NCBI GenBank assembly: GCA_043778225.1
Contig: JAYWGM010000092.1
Coordinates: 1-64,000, forward strand
Source of the DNA: Deinococcales bacterium
GTDB lineage: Bacteria; Deinococcota; Deinococci; Deinococcales; JAAFIG01
Reading direction: 5' to 3'
DNA length: 64,000 nt
How positions within the stretch are numbered: position 1 is the first letter of the stretch; each line of letters starts with the position of its first letter. The translations under genes and the position numbers were made by a program. Shown here piece after piece: positions 9,197 to 19,135 of the stretch. The notes beneath the pieces were generated by a model that saw only the letters and a program-made list of their open reading frames with translations, had not been told where the DNA came from and did not search any database.

Positions 9197-9910
9197 CTAA
9201 TCGAGTACAGTTTGTTTTTGGCTTTTGTACTCGATTGATTGCAATGGTGTAACCACACAAGCCAAAGCCTCAAGCGCTAGTTGCTTTTGCTGACGGCTGG
9301 AGTCTTCTAAGACGACTTTTGCCAAATCAGCAAGTTCTGAATTTCGTCCTCGCAAATCCTGCAAAATGCTTTTTGGTCTTACTTCCCACCACCCCAATGT
9401 TTGATAAATCGCTTTAAGGATAAACACCAAAGCCTGAGGCAGAATATAATTATATGCCTCCGTCATTATGACACTGCGTGTCTCGAGGACGCATTCCATT
9501 GTGTTAAAGCGTATAAACTCGAGTTCGCTCGGGTCAACCACTGGTGGCTTAGACAAAATCTCTTGAGCTAAATTCTGTAGCTTCTCGAGTTCTGGGTGCG
9601 CCAAAATTGTCACACCAGTGGCAAGCATATGCAGCGCAGCAGCGTCTGTGACGATGGTTTTCTGTAAAAATTTGGTCGGGTTAAAAAAGTATTCTACTGG
9701 CGTTTGTTCGAGCAGCCAGCAACCTCGCCAGCGCTTTTTGCCATTGGTAACGATGTAAAAATCGAGGTCGGAAAATTCGTTGGCACTACCACTTGCCACA
9801 GAGCCAGCCAAGACAAAGCCAAGCACTTCGGGATGTTCACGAATTTTGGCAATTGCAGTCTCGGCGGCTTTGGCAAAACGTGGTGGCAGACTTTCAAAAA
9901 GCTTTTTCAA
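9197..9910 (-). CDS. Nucleotidyltransferase-domain protein
   Basis: Pol-beta motif LAGSVASG...SDLD. Confidence 0.8.
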   Translation of the reverse strand: MKKLFESLPPRFAKAAETAIAKIREHPEVLGFVLAGSVASGSANEFSDLDFYIVTNGKKRWRGCWLLEQTPVEYFFNPTKFLQKTIVTDAAALHMLATGVTILAHPELEKLQNLAQEILSKPPVVDPSELEFIRFNTMECVLETRSVIMTEAYNYILPQALVFILKAIYQTLGWWEVRPKSILQDLRGRNSELADLAKVVLEDSSRQQKQLALEALACVVTPLQSIEYKSQKQTVLD

Positions 9911-9916
9911 TGTTGA

Positions 9917-9940
9917 ACCCCTCGAGAATTCTCGAGGGGT
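9917..9940. repeat. Perfect 24 bp palindrome after rplI (possible terminator or stabiliser hairpin)
   Basis: ACCCCTCGAGAATTCTCGAGGGGT. Confidence 0.8.
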
Positions 9941-9958
9941 ATTGTACTGCTTTTATCT

Positions 9959-10414
9959 TTATAACGCGGTTACATTCAACTTCAAAGGAATCGGCACTTC
10001 TGGATGTGGCTTGTAAACCACGCCGTATTCGCCTAGGTCTTTGATGGCTTTGCCCATTTCAATTTTGCGCTTGTCTATTGCCAAGCCTGTTTGTTGTTCT
10101 ACAGCATCAGCTACCATTTGATTGGTGACAGCGCCGTAAATTTTACCTTCGCCAGCTTTGACTTTCAGTTCCACGACAATTTCGGCAAATTGACCAGCCA
10201 ATTTTTCGGCATCGGTCTTAATCGCTTCTAAGCGCTTGACTTTGGCGCGTAGCTGCATCTCGAGGTTCTTGAGATTGCTTGGGGTTGCATAGGCTACCAA
10301 GCCACGTGGCACAAGGAAATTACGGGCGTAGCCGGGGCGTACTTCGATGATGTTGCCAGTTGTTCCGAGCTTATTAACTGGCTCGAGAAGAATCACTTTG
10401 GAGTTCTTAGACAT
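9959..10414 (-). CDS. rplI: 50S ribosomal protein L9
   Basis: VILLEPVNKLG...VRPGYARNFLVPRG; operon context. Confidence 0.97.
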   Translation of the reverse strand: MSKNSKVILLEPVNKLGTTGNIIEVRPGYARNFLVPRGLVAYATPSNLKNLEMQLRAKVKRLEAIKTDAEKLAGQFAEIVVELKVKAGEGKIYGAVTNQMVADAVEQQTGLAIDKRKIEMGKAIKDLGEYGVVYKPHPEVPIPLKLNVTAL

Positions 10415-10426
10415 AATGATTCCTCC

Positions 10427-10786
10427 TTATTTCCGCACGAGCTTGTCGGTGAATGGCAGTAAAGCAATCATCCGAGCGCGTTTAATCGTCAGCGCCAAAC
10501 GGCGTTGGTTCTTGGCGTTGACCCCAGTGCGGCGGCGCGGCAGAATCCGACCAGTGTCGGAAACAAAGCGGCGCAGCATTTTGGCATCGTGGTAGTCCGT
10601 GACCTCGAGTTCACCCGTTTTGAAGGGGTCAACTTTCGGCTTGCGAGGACGCTTTGCGCCCTTGCCACCAGCTGCTCCGCCGCGCTTGTCGCCACGGTCG
10701 TTGTCGCGGTCGTTGCGGTCAGAACTGCGGTCTGAATTGCGGTCTCGAGAACCGCTGTTGCGATTGTTGGGTTTTCCTGCGGGCAT
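10427..10786 (-). CDS. rpsR: 30S ribosomal protein S18 (Cys-less, N-terminal extension)
   Basis: DYHDAKMLRRFVSDTGRILPRRRTG...IKRARMIALLPF. Confidence 0.96.
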   Translation of the reverse strand: MPAGKPNNRNSGSRDRNSDRSSDRNDRDNDRGDKRGGAAGGKGAKRPRKPKVDPFKTGELEVTDYHDAKMLRRFVSDTGRILPRRRTGVNAKNQRRLALTIKRARMIALLPFTDKLVRK

Positions 10787-10795
10787 ATAAAACTC

Positions 10796-11689
10796 CTAAA
10801 ATGGTAAATCTTCTTCTGGCGGGAAATCTTGTAAGCCGTCATCAATGTCTGGTTTTGCACGGGACCCTGCGACTGGCGCAGACTGCTGTTGGGCAGCTGC
10901 GGCGGTGCGCGTCGGAGCGTAACCGCCGGCTTGGCGATTCGACCCAGAGGTGGTTCCTAAACTGCCAGCAGTTCCGGGACCGCGAGCCAGTATTTCAATA
11001 CGTCTTCCTTCAACACGGGTGGTTGATCTTTTATTACCTTCACGGTCAGTCCAAGATTCGTTGACAAGTCTGCCCAAGACCATAATCGGGTCGCCTTTTT
11101 TGAGTTCTCCGGCGGCTTCGGCGAGGTCGCGCCACAAATTAACCTCGACATAATGGGTTTTTTCTTGCCAGTTTCCAGTCTTGTCTTTCCAAGATTCATT
11201 GACAGCAATCGAAATGGTGGTAACAGCATCGCCATTTGGGGTGTAACGAAGTTCGGAATCTCGGGTTAAATTGCCGATTAAGACCACTTCGTTGAGGGCA
11301 TTGGTCAAGCGCTTTCCACCAACACTGTCGGTCACAAGTGGTTCGGCGCGGTTGCCATAATTGGCGACCTCGACCCTAAGCGCTTTGACATTGACGGCGC
11401 TGCGTTTTTGACCTTCTGGGGTTTCCCAAGTGCGAAACTCCAAAGAACCTTCGACCAGCACAGCATCGCCAGCTTTCATATTGCCATCGGTTAAACGTTC
11501 GGCTTGTTGTCCAAGAATACTGACGCGGTGATACCACGGCAAAACTCTGGCTCGCCCATCGTTGCCCATCACATTATCTTCGCCAGCCACCGTTAAATCT
11601 GCTACGGCGATACCACTTGGGGTATAACGTAAGTCGGGGTCTTTTGCCAACGCGCCCATCAAATAAACGTGATTTAAGCCTCTTGCCAT
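10796..11689 (-). CDS. ssb: Single-stranded DNA-binding protein, two OB folds (Deinococcus-Thermus type)
   Basis: Two 'LRYTP' OB repeats and acidic tail EEDLPF. Confidence 0.97.
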   Translation of the reverse strand: MARGLNHVYLMGALAKDPDLRYTPSGIAVADLTVAGEDNVMGNDGRARVLPWYHRVSILGQQAERLTDGNMKAGDAVLVEGSLEFRTWETPEGQKRSAVNVKALRVEVANYGNRAEPLVTDSVGGKRLTNALNEVVLIGNLTRDSELRYTPNGDAVTTISIAVNESWKDKTGNWQEKTHYVEVNLWRDLAEAAGELKKGDPIMVLGRLVNESWTDREGNKRSTTRVEGRRIEILARGPGTAGSLGTTSGSNRQAGGYAPTRTAAAAQQQSAPVAGSRAKPDIDDGLQDFPPEEDLPF

Positions 11690-11778
11690 GTCTTTTCCTC
11701 TTCTCGAGCCTTAGCTCTACTGGTTACTTGCCAAAATCGTCTCGAGTCTGGGTTTTGTGCTTGCTCGAGGAAAGTGCC

Positions 11779-12090
11779 TTATGCCGCCTTTTTGGTGCGC
11801 CATTCGGGACGTTGTTTAACCACCATCACACGGCGCACATGGTCGCGTAAACGCAACGATGTTTGAATCGTGTTGGTGGCAGCTTCGGGCAGGTCTAAGC
11901 GGTAGACCAAAAAGTAGGCTTGCGTGTCCTTTTTGATCGTGTAAGCCAGCTTGCGATTACCCCACTCCTCGAGTGTTGCAACGCTTCCGCCACCGTTTTT
12001 AACTGCGTTTTCGATGTACTCTTTCTCGATTGCGATTTGACTCTGGTCAAGATTTGGGTTGAGTAGCACGTTTAAGTCGTAATTTGCCAT
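11779..12090 (-). CDS. rpsF: 30S ribosomal protein S6
   Basis: EWGNRKLAYTIKK; operon context. Confidence 0.96.
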   Translation of the reverse strand: MANYDLNVLLNPNLDQSQIAIEKEYIENAVKNGGGSVATLEEWGNRKLAYTIKKDTQAYFLVYRLDLPEAATNTIQTSLRLRDHVRRVMVVKQRPEWRTKKAA

Positions 12091-12277
12091 TTGTTTTTCA
12101 CCTCCTTATAGACATAAAATCACACCGCGAAGAGCGGCGCGAGGCGAAACTATAACAGGTCTGGCATTTTCATACAAGAGAGTACGCAAACCGATGCAAC
12201 TTATGTTAAACTCTTCTCAATGCTAAAAGCTGTGAAATCTTTTCAAGAGCGAGCGTTATCAAAGGAGGCTACACCGA

Positions 12278-12664
12278 GTGTCAATTGAGTCTGGGGCAGT
12301 GGTAGAGGGCAAAGTCACGCGAGTTACCGATTTCGGCGCGTTCGTAGAAATTAAAGATACTGGCGAAACTGGCTTAGTTCATATTTCGCAAATCGCCCAT
12401 GAATTTGTGCGGTCAGTCTCTGAACACCTCCGCGACGGTCAGGAAATAACCGTGAAAGTTCTTGGAAGGGACGAGAAGGGGAGACTGGATTTAAGCATCA
12501 AAGAACTCCAAGACACCCCCGAGGAAATCCCCAAGCCCAAACGCATCGGCAAGCAAGCACCTGCTTTTGAAGCCAAACTCCGTGCATTTATGCGCGACGC
12601 GAAAGACCGAACCACCAGTGGCATGGGTGGCGGCGGAACGGATAAGAAAAAGAAAAAGAAATAA
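12278..12664 (+). CDS. S1 RNA-binding domain protein
   Basis: GKVTRVTDFGAFVEI..GLVHISQIA; SD AAGGAGG. Confidence 0.9.
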   Translation: MSIESGAVVEGKVTRVTDFGAFVEIKDTGETGLVHISQIAHEFVRSVSEHLRDGQEITVKVLGRDEKGRLDLSIKELQDTPEEIPKPKRIGKQAPAFEAKLRAFMRDAKDRTTSGMGGGGTDKKKKKK

Positions 12665-12669
12665 ATGTT

Positions 12670-12703
12670 AAAAGCGCCAGGCAATTTGCTTGGCGCTTTT
12701 TTT
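12670..12703. terminator. Bidirectional intrinsic terminator
   Basis: AAAAGCGCCAGGC/GCTTGGCGCTTTTTTT between convergent genes. Confidence 0.75.
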
Positions 12704-12712
12704 GGCTCGAGT

Positions 12713-13663
12713 TTAACCCAGTAAGGCTTCAACAAATTCTTTGGCATCAAATGGTTGTAAATCTTCGGCTTTCTCGCCGACACCAATAAATTTAAGTGGC
12801 ACACCCAATTCGCGCACAATTGGAATCACAATGCCGCCCTTAGAAGTCCCATCGAGTTTGGTCACAATTACCCCAGTTAGACCAACCGCTTCATGAAACT
12901 TTTTGGCTTGCTCGAGTCCGTTTTGCCCAGTTATTGCATCCAAAACCAACCAAATTTCGGCAGGTTCTTTGGCATCGGCTTTTTCGATTGTGCGTTTGAC
13001 CTTCTTGAGTTCTTCCATCAAGTTATGTTTATTGTGTAAGCGTCCGGCGGTGTCCACAAACAACAAATCTATGGCTCGAGCTTTGCGGGCGGTTGTGGCA
13101 TCAAAGGCAACGGCGGCGGGGTCAGAACCGTCCAAGCCTTGCACAACGCTAATCCCAAGGCGTTCACCCCAAACCCCAAGCTGTGTGCCAGCCGCCGCAC
13201 GGAAGGTATCGCCGGCGGCAAACATCACGGTTTTACCTTTTTCGGTGTAATACTGCCCAAGTTTAGCGATGGTCGTGGTTTTACCAACACCATTGACCCC
13301 AATCATCAAAATGACCTTGCCTTTTAATTCAACGGTACTTTTTTTGGCATCGGGGGTAAAACCAGCTTGGCGCAGTTTGGCTCTAAAGGCATCTGGCTCG
13401 AGTTGAATGGCTAGGGCTTGGGCTAGGGCTTCGCGCAGGTCGCGTTTCCCAGATTGCTTCATGTATTGGCGCACATCATCTAAAATCTCGGCAGCGTATT
13501 TTGCGCCAACATCTGCGCCGATTAAGGCAAATTCTAAATCCTCGAGTGTGCTTAGGTCTGATTTTTCGGGGATAATTTCGATCGCTCCGAGCGGACCTGC
13601 CATTTGGTTAATTGCCGAGCGGGTTTTGGATAATCCGTCTTTTAAGCGCTGAAGCCAACTCAC
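12713..13663 (-). CDS. ftsY: SRP receptor FtsY
   Basis: GVNGVGKTTT, DTFRAAA, DTAGR, TKLDG. Confidence 0.96.
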   Translation of the reverse strand: MSWLQRLKDGLSKTRSAINQMAGPLGAIEIIPEKSDLSTLEDLEFALIGADVGAKYAAEILDDVRQYMKQSGKRDLREALAQALAIQLEPDAFRAKLRQAGFTPDAKKSTVELKGKVILMIGVNGVGKTTTIAKLGQYYTEKGKTVMFAAGDTFRAAAGTQLGVWGERLGISVVQGLDGSDPAAVAFDATTARKARAIDLLFVDTAGRLHNKHNLMEELKKVKRTIEKADAKEPAEIWLVLDAITGQNGLEQAKKFHEAVGLTGVIVTKLDGTSKGGIVIPIVRELGVPLKFIGVGEKAEDLQPFDAKEFVEALLG

Positions 13664-13738
13664 AATCCCACTGTAGCAGATATAAAACGGGATTCATGCT
13701 TAGGTTGTGATTCTTACTTTTTTTTGCTACTATCTGGT

Positions 13739-13978
13739 ATGCAATCTGAGTCGCAACAATCTGGTAAATTGAGTATTAGCTTACAGCCCGATTTACTCGA
13801 GTTTGTTCATCATTACCAAATAGAACATCAATTGCCGAGTCGCAGTCAAGTTTTTGCAGATGCCTTAGGGTTGCTGCGCGAACAAGAATTGCGTCGTGCT
13901 TACCGTCAAGCCAGTCTGGAGTGGGATAGCAGTCAAGATTCGGTTCTTTGGGAAAGAACGATTAGGGACGGCTTATGA
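13739..13978 (+). CDS. RHH antitoxin (MazE-like partner)
   Basis: KLSISL...SRSQVFADALGLLR; overlaps the toxin start. Confidence 0.8.
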   Translation: MQSESQQSGKLSISLQPDLLEFVHHYQIEHQLPSRSQVFADALGLLREQELRRAYRQASLEWDSSQDSVLWERTIRDGL

Positions 13979-14319
13979 AGCCTTCGATTCGACGCGGTGA
14001 TATTTGGTTGGTGAATCTGAATCCTGCTCGAGACCACGAAGCCAATGATATTCGCCCAGCCGTGGTTGTGACCAATAATTTTGCCAACGAGGAAGGAACA
14101 ATGCTGACCGTCGTTCCACTGACCAGCAACACCGAAAAAATTTATCCGTTTCAGGTTCTACTACCGAATCAACGCACAAATTTAGACTTTGACAGCAAGG
14201 CGCAAATCGAACAAATTCGCAGTATCGCTTTGGGTCGTTTGCAAAAATACCTTGGATGTATTCCAGACGATCTGATGCAGCAAATCAACTCGAGAATTCG
14301 CTTACACTTAGCGCTGTAA
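13975..14319 (+). CDS. mazF: MazF/PemK endoribonuclease toxin
   Basis: RRGDIWLVNLNP...RPAVVV...VVPLTS...EQIRSI. Confidence 0.9.
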   Translation: MKPSIRRGDIWLVNLNPARDHEANDIRPAVVVTNNFANEEGTMLTVVPLTSNTEKIYPFQVLLPNQRTNLDFDSKAQIEQIRSIALGRLQKYLGCIPDDLMQQINSRIRLHLAL

Positions 14320-14325
14320 ACTTTT

Positions 14326-14724
14326 ATGACCACGCTGCTCGAGACCCCAGAAGCCCTTGAAAGCTACGCAAACGCCTATGCCCAAACCCTCGAGGCTGGT
14401 GCGGTGCTGATTTTATCTGGTCTGATGGGCGCGGGTAAAACCACCTTTGTCAAAGGGCTGGCTAAAGGCTTAGGGGCAACCAGTCCAGTCTCGAGTCCGA
14501 CTTATACGTATATTCATGAGTATGCCACGCCACGTGGGATGCTGATTCATATTGATGCCTACCGCCTCGAGACCCCCAGTAAACTTTGGCAGATGGGTTT
14601 AGCCGAATACCTCGAGACCAGTTTTGTGACCGTGATTGAATGGGGACAAGGCTTGGATATTCCTGAATCAAAATATTTGCAGCTTGAAATTCTCGAGACT
14701 GGTAGGCTGTTAAAGCATGATTGA
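14326..14724 (+). CDS. tsaE: tRNA t6A biosynthesis ATPase TsaE
   Basis: GLMGAGKTTFVKG, VSSPTY, HIDAYRL, IEW. Confidence 0.93.
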   Translation: MTTLLETPEALESYANAYAQTLEAGAVLILSGLMGAGKTTFVKGLAKGLGATSPVSSPTYTYIHEYATPRGMLIHIDAYRLETPSKLWQMGLAEYLETSFVTVIEWGQGLDIPESKYLQLEILETGRLLKHD

Positions 14725-15481
14725 CGAATTGCACAGTCCAGTGATTGACGAATTGCACAGTTTTCAGCCTATAGATTACCGTCAGTCAGTTGGCAGTACC
14801 CAAGATGAAATGCGAATTTTAGCTCGAGCAGGAGCGCCAGAATACAGCCTTGTGTTGTCCGAAACACAAACGGCTGGGCGTGGGCGGCGTGGCAAAGTCT
14901 GGCAAGCTGCGCCTTATTCTGGCTTGTATTTTACCTTGCTGCTGCGCCCAGATTTGAACTTTGCCGCTTTTGCTTTACTGCCGCTTTTGATTGGGGCTTG
15001 TGTTGCCAAAAGTATCAACCTCGAGACTGGAATCAGCACGATGCTAAAATGGAGCAACGATATTTTGAGTGCTGATGCTCGAAAATTTGCTGGTATTTTA
15101 CTCGAGTCTGAATTGAGCCAAAAAAAAAGAATTGCTCTGGTTGGCATTGGTATCAATGTGCGAAACCAGGACTTTCCAGCCGAATTTAAGGCGGCGGCTT
15201 TAGAAGAATTTGCACCAGTTCATCGGCGTAATTTGCTGACCCAAATTCTACAAACCATCCAAGCTGAGTATCCACTTTTTCTCGAGCAACCAAGTCATGC
15301 AATAACTTTTTGGAAAGCCCAACCCAACTTTTTAGGGCAAGCTGTTCAGATTCTCGAGCCAAACGGTACGGTCAGCACAGGCATTGCCCAAGACCTCGAC
15401 TCGAGTGGAGGTTTAATTATACAAACAGCCACTGGCTCGAGGCTACTTTATGCTGGGGAAGTTAGTTTGAAACGCGGTTAA
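14717..15481 (+). CDS. birA: Biotin-[acetyl-CoA carboxylase] ligase (no N-terminal HTH)
   Basis: STQD, QTAGRGRRG, KWSND, KFAGIL, GIGINV. Confidence 0.92.
   Translation: MIDELHSPVIDELHSFQPIDYRQSVGSTQDEMRILARAGAPEYSLVLSETQTAGRGRRGKVWQAAPYSGLYFTLLLRPDLNFAAFALLPLLIGACVAKSINLETGISTMLKWSNDILSADARKFAGILLESELSQKKRIALVGIGINVRNQDFPAEFKAAALEEFAPVHRRNLLTQILQTIQAEYPLFLEQPSHAITFWKAQPNFLGQAVQILEPNGTVSTGIAQDLDSSGGLIIQTATGSRLLYAGEVSLKRG
14718..14761 (+). repeat. Tandem 20 bp duplication (24 bp period) at the birA start
   Basis: TGATTGACGAATTGCACAGT x2; encodes IDELHS twice. Confidence 0.85.
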
Positions 15482-15578
15482 TTTTCTTCTAAAGTGCTGA
15501 TTAAGTTGTGTTTGACAATTAGACTTGTGATAAAAAAACCGCCTTGCGTCGCGCCTCGAGAAACCCTAGACTCGAGGT

Positions 15579-15929
15579 ATGGAACTTTTCATCAGCCGAG
15601 TGATTATTTTTGTCAATAACCTACCAGTGGTTGCCGCCTTCTACCAAGATATTCTGGGTTTAGTGCCTAAAATTTGCCCCGACGACCCCAAAGAATGGCA
15701 AGAATTTCAGGCGGGAGGTCTCACGATTGCGCTGCACCTGTCCAATGCCCCCAAGCCACGGCGAATCGCCACAAAATTGGTTTTTTACAGCCCCGACGTG
15801 AAAGCCACTAAGCAACTGCTCGAGTCTCGAGGAGTTAAACTTGGGCGAGTGCTGAAAACCGAGTTTTTTGAGTTTTGCAATGGCACAGACCCCGAAGGCA
15901 ATCCGTTTTCAATCTCGAGCCGCTTATAG
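15579..15929 (+). CDS. VOC/glyoxalase family protein
   Basis: AAFYQDILGL...DPEGNPFSI. Confidence 0.85.
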   Translation: MELFISRVIIFVNNLPVVAAFYQDILGLVPKICPDDPKEWQEFQAGGLTIALHLSNAPKPRRIATKLVFYSPDVKATKQLLESRGVKLGRVLKTEFFEFCNGTDPEGNPFSISSRL

Positions 15930-17150
15930 CCCAACCCATGCTTTGCCGTTCCACTGGCGGACATAGACCCGTTGTTGGGTTTGGGTAATTTCTTCGCTCC
16001 AAGCCACCACTGGCACACCGCTCCATGTGACTGCAAGGCTTGGGGTGGCGGCATAGGACTTGGGAGAGATGTTTAAGAATGTGCCGAGTTTTTTCCAAGC
16101 GTTGTTTTCCCAGCGCACGACCATGACTTTTAATGAACCAGCATTTTCGACCCAAGCCACATATGGGCGGTTGTTCGGGTCAAGGCGCAACCTTGGGCTG
16201 CTGGCTAAACCAGTGGCATTGTTGATGGTTTTTCCAAGGCGCTGCCAAGTTGTACCATCCCAGCGTTTGGCTGCCACATCAAAACCTAGGGTTGCCTCGA
16301 GCCACGCAATCACGGGGTAATCGTTGCTGTCTAAGTCAAACGAAGGTTGGGCGGCATAACGTTCTTTATTGAGATTCAAGGAAGTTTCGCCAAGTGGCGA
16401 CCAGTGTGCGCCGTCCCAGCCGCCAATATAGACGTTAAAATCCTGTGGTCCTTTGTTGGGGATGTATTTTTGGACGCTCCAAGCCAAAATCGGCTGGTCT
16501 TTGGAATTGACACTCAGTTCTCTCGAGCGCGAGGCATGGGAAATGTCTGAACTGAGCGAACCGGGGTCAATATTCAGCCATTGTGTCCCATCCCAACGTT
16601 CGACAAAGTAACTATCGGCGTTAAAATCTGGGGTCAGTTCGCTCCAAGCTAAAACAGGATAGCCTTTGGAATCCACCCGCAGACTGGGTAAATCGCCAGC
16701 CGAATTTTCTTTTTTGCTGGGCGATGGATAGGCGTTCCAACTCGAGCCAGTCCAACGTGCGACATAGACTTTACCGGGTCCTTTGCCTTTGCCATCAAAC
16801 CCGGAATTGATGTTGCTGCGCTCTGTCCAAGATACATAAGGTGCGTCGTCTTTGGAAATGGCTAAAGAAACATTGAACGAATTAAAACTGGCATCGCGGT
16901 TTAACCGCCCACCAAGCGGTTGCCATTTTGTGCCAGTCCAGCGTTTGACAAACACATGGTAGACTCCACTGACATTCTCGAGCCATGCGACAATCGGTGT
17001 GCCGTTTTTCTCGAGAACCAACGAAGGGCGAATCGCATCGGCTTTGGGGTTGTTGTTGACTTGGGTAAAGGCGTTCTGGGTTTGACTTGTACCAACGCTC
17101 AAGAGTCCAAAGAATAGCAACAAACTCGAGATGATCAACTTTTTTATCAT
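15924..17150 (-). CDS. Secreted Trp-rich repeat (beta-propeller-like) protein
   Basis: Signal peptide; about 7 repeats of 'PxL....PxVAW.E....V.RW.G..W..LG'. Confidence 0.7.
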   Translation of the reverse strand: MIKKLIISSLLLFFGLLSVGTSQTQNAFTQVNNNPKADAIRPSLVLEKNGTPIVAWLENVSGVYHVFVKRWTGTKWQPLGGRLNRDASFNSFNVSLAISKDDAPYVSWTERSNINSGFDGKGKGPGKVYVARWTGSSWNAYPSPSKKENSAGDLPSLRVDSKGYPVLAWSELTPDFNADSYFVERWDGTQWLNIDPGSLSSDISHASRSRELSVNSKDQPILAWSVQKYIPNKGPQDFNVYIGGWDGAHWSPLGETSLNLNKERYAAQPSFDLDSNDYPVIAWLEATLGFDVAAKRWDGTTWQRLGKTINNATGLASSPRLRLDPNNRPYVAWVENAGSLKVMVVRWENNAWKKLGTFLNISPKSYAATPSLAVTWSGVPVVAWSEEITQTQQRVYVRQWNGKAWVGL

Positions 17151-17158
17151 GGATACTC

Positions 17159-18004
17159 CTATGGGCAAACATCGGTGATGATTTGGTCTGGAATCGGGTA
17201 GAGCGTTGGTTTCCCAGCGCCAAGACGGTACTGAATCACGGGCTGAGAAATAAACGTGTCATAACGCTTATTGGCATCTCTGAGGCGCGGACTCCCTTTG
17301 CAACTGAGTTTGATGCTCGAGCCAACAATGGCTACCCCAAAACCACGTGAAGGCAAGATTTTAAGGTTAAGCGCATTGGAACTCACCAAACTCGAGCCTT
17401 CGGGCAGGCTTGGACTGCTGCCCGACATCCACTGCTCGAGTTTTCTAAAAAAAGTGCTGTCGTAACGCGGATTCATTAAAATTTTATCGTTCGAGACCCC
17501 TTTTGGTGCAAAGAGAATTTTGTCTACAAAAATCGTTTCGGGGGAATCGTTAAAAATCTGCATTGCTAAAAATAAGCGCTCGTTGGGTTGTTGTTGTAGC
17601 CGCTCATAAGAAAGAGGGTATTTCTGCAAAGGCTTTAGGTACAAGACCCGAGAAGACGCAACCGCCACACTCGAGCCATTGATTTTGAGGCTGCTAAAAG
17701 TCGTGTCTAAACCAGCTTTAACATTCACCTCGAGTTCAAGGTTGCGCTTGCCAAAGGCATCCATGATGCGCCAGCTTTTTAAGGGTAAGCCAGTCACCGC
17801 AACCGTTTTTATATTATCCCCTGTGTTTGGGCTGGGCTTACCACCAAAAGGATCGTTGGGGACAAGTGGCTGGGGGATTTCGTAATACAGCCGCAATGGG
17901 TCGCCGCCTTCCCATTCGTGGACAAAATGGACTCGAGGCTCGAGTTTTGGGGCTGGTGCAGCTAAGGCAGTCATGCCGAGCAGAACAAAAAATAATCTTT
18001 TCAT
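17159..18004 (-). CDS. Hypothetical secreted protein
   Basis: Signal peptide MKRLFFVLLGMTALA; coupled to pyrE. Confidence 0.7.
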   Translation of the reverse strand: MKRLFFVLLGMTALAAPAPKLEPRVHFVHEWEGGDPLRLYYEIPQPLVPNDPFGGKPSPNTGDNIKTVAVTGLPLKSWRIMDAFGKRNLELEVNVKAGLDTTFSSLKINGSSVAVASSRVLYLKPLQKYPLSYERLQQQPNERLFLAMQIFNDSPETIFVDKILFAPKGVSNDKILMNPRYDSTFFRKLEQWMSGSSPSLPEGSSLVSSNALNLKILPSRGFGVAIVGSSIKLSCKGSPRLRDANKRYDTFISQPVIQYRLGAGKPTLYPIPDQIITDVCP

Positions 18005-18525
18005 ATCCCTAAACTGGTTTTACTGAACAGCGCTGTGCCACTAAAACCAGCCGCCGCGATGTTTTCCTGTGCGCCTTGTTCACGGTTGACGACATAAACG
18101 ATTTTTTGGACACTCGCCCCAAGTTCAGTCAATAAATTGGCGGCTCGAATTGCTTGGGCAGCTGTGGTCAGCACATCTTCAATCAGTGCAACCTTGGCAT
18201 TTTCGGGCAGTAGACCTTCGATTAACTTGCTTGTGCCGTATTCTTTTGCGCCTTTACGGACAATCACAAACGGTAGCCCAGTCTCGAGCGAGACCGCCGT
18301 TGCCAGTGGTACAGCCCCAAGTTCGACCCCAGCCAGACAAGTAATGCCTTGGGGCAGCAATCCCGCCAAGCCAATCGCAATATCGCGCAGCAGTTTTGGC
18401 TCGGTCGAAAAACGGTACTTATCCATGTAGTACCGACTGCGTTGTCCACTCGAGAGCAGAAAATCCCCCTCGAGATAAGCGGCTTGTACTAAGCGTTGCC
18501 CTACGGTTTTTGCGTCAAATGCCAT
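18001..18525 (-). CDS. pyrE: Orotate phosphoribosyltransferase
   Basis: GDFLLSSGQRSRYYMD, RKGAKEYGT, LIEDVLTT. Confidence 0.93.
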   Translation of the reverse strand: MAFDAKTVGQRLVQAAYLEGDFLLSSGQRSRYYMDKYRFSTEPKLLRDIAIGLAGLLPQGITCLAGVELGAVPLATAVSLETGLPFVIVRKGAKEYGTSKLIEGLLPENAKVALIEDVLTTAAQAIRAANLLTELGASVQKIVYVVNREQGAQENIAAAGFSGTALFSKTSLGI

Positions 18526-18609
18526 ACATTTATCATACCCTGACTCATGTTACAATTGCTTCGTTCAGACAATTTAATCAGAGCGCTTGGCGCTCGAGGA
18601 GGCGTTCTT

Positions 18610-19047
18610 TTGCAACTTGAGGGAAACAACATCATTCAGGCGACTCCAGAACAGATTTTTATTGCCCTGCAAGACCCTGCGGTGCTGGCAAAGTGTGTCC
18701 CGGGGGTCAAAAAACTCGAGGTTGAATCCGAAGGGGTTTTTAAGACCACGCTCGAGGTGGCGGTCGGACCAGTCAAAGGCACATTCAACGGTAAAGTCAG
18801 TGTGCTTGAAAAACTCGAGAACACTGCCCTGACCTTAAAAGTCGAAATGCGTGCCCCAGTTGGAATTGCCAGTGCCATCGGGCGAGTGACGTTTCACCCC
18901 GAAGAAGGCGCAACCAGAGTCCATTGGAGTGGTGAACCACAACTAGGCGGTATGATTGCCAGTGTTGGTGCGCGTCTGATTGGCGGCGTTGCCAAAGCCC
19001 AAGCTGATTTATTTTTCTCAAAACTCGAGCAAGAATTACGTCAATAA
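18610..19047 (+). CDS. coxG: CoxG-like (SRPBCC) protein
   Basis: LQDPAVLAKCVPG...GARLIGGVAK; SD GAGGAGG before TTG 18610. Confidence 0.85.
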   Translation: MQLEGNNIIQATPEQIFIALQDPAVLAKCVPGVKKLEVESEGVFKTTLEVAVGPVKGTFNGKVSVLEKLENTALTLKVEMRAPVGIASAIGRVTFHPEEGATRVHWSGEPQLGGMIASVGARLIGGVAKAQADLFFSKLEQELRQ

Positions 19048-19135
19048 TTTTTTACGACTCATCGCGGGGTTGGAGGTGCAAATTTTTTAAGATAAGCAGC
19101 AATGGCAAACGTTTTTAGCTTAAAAGGAGATTTTT

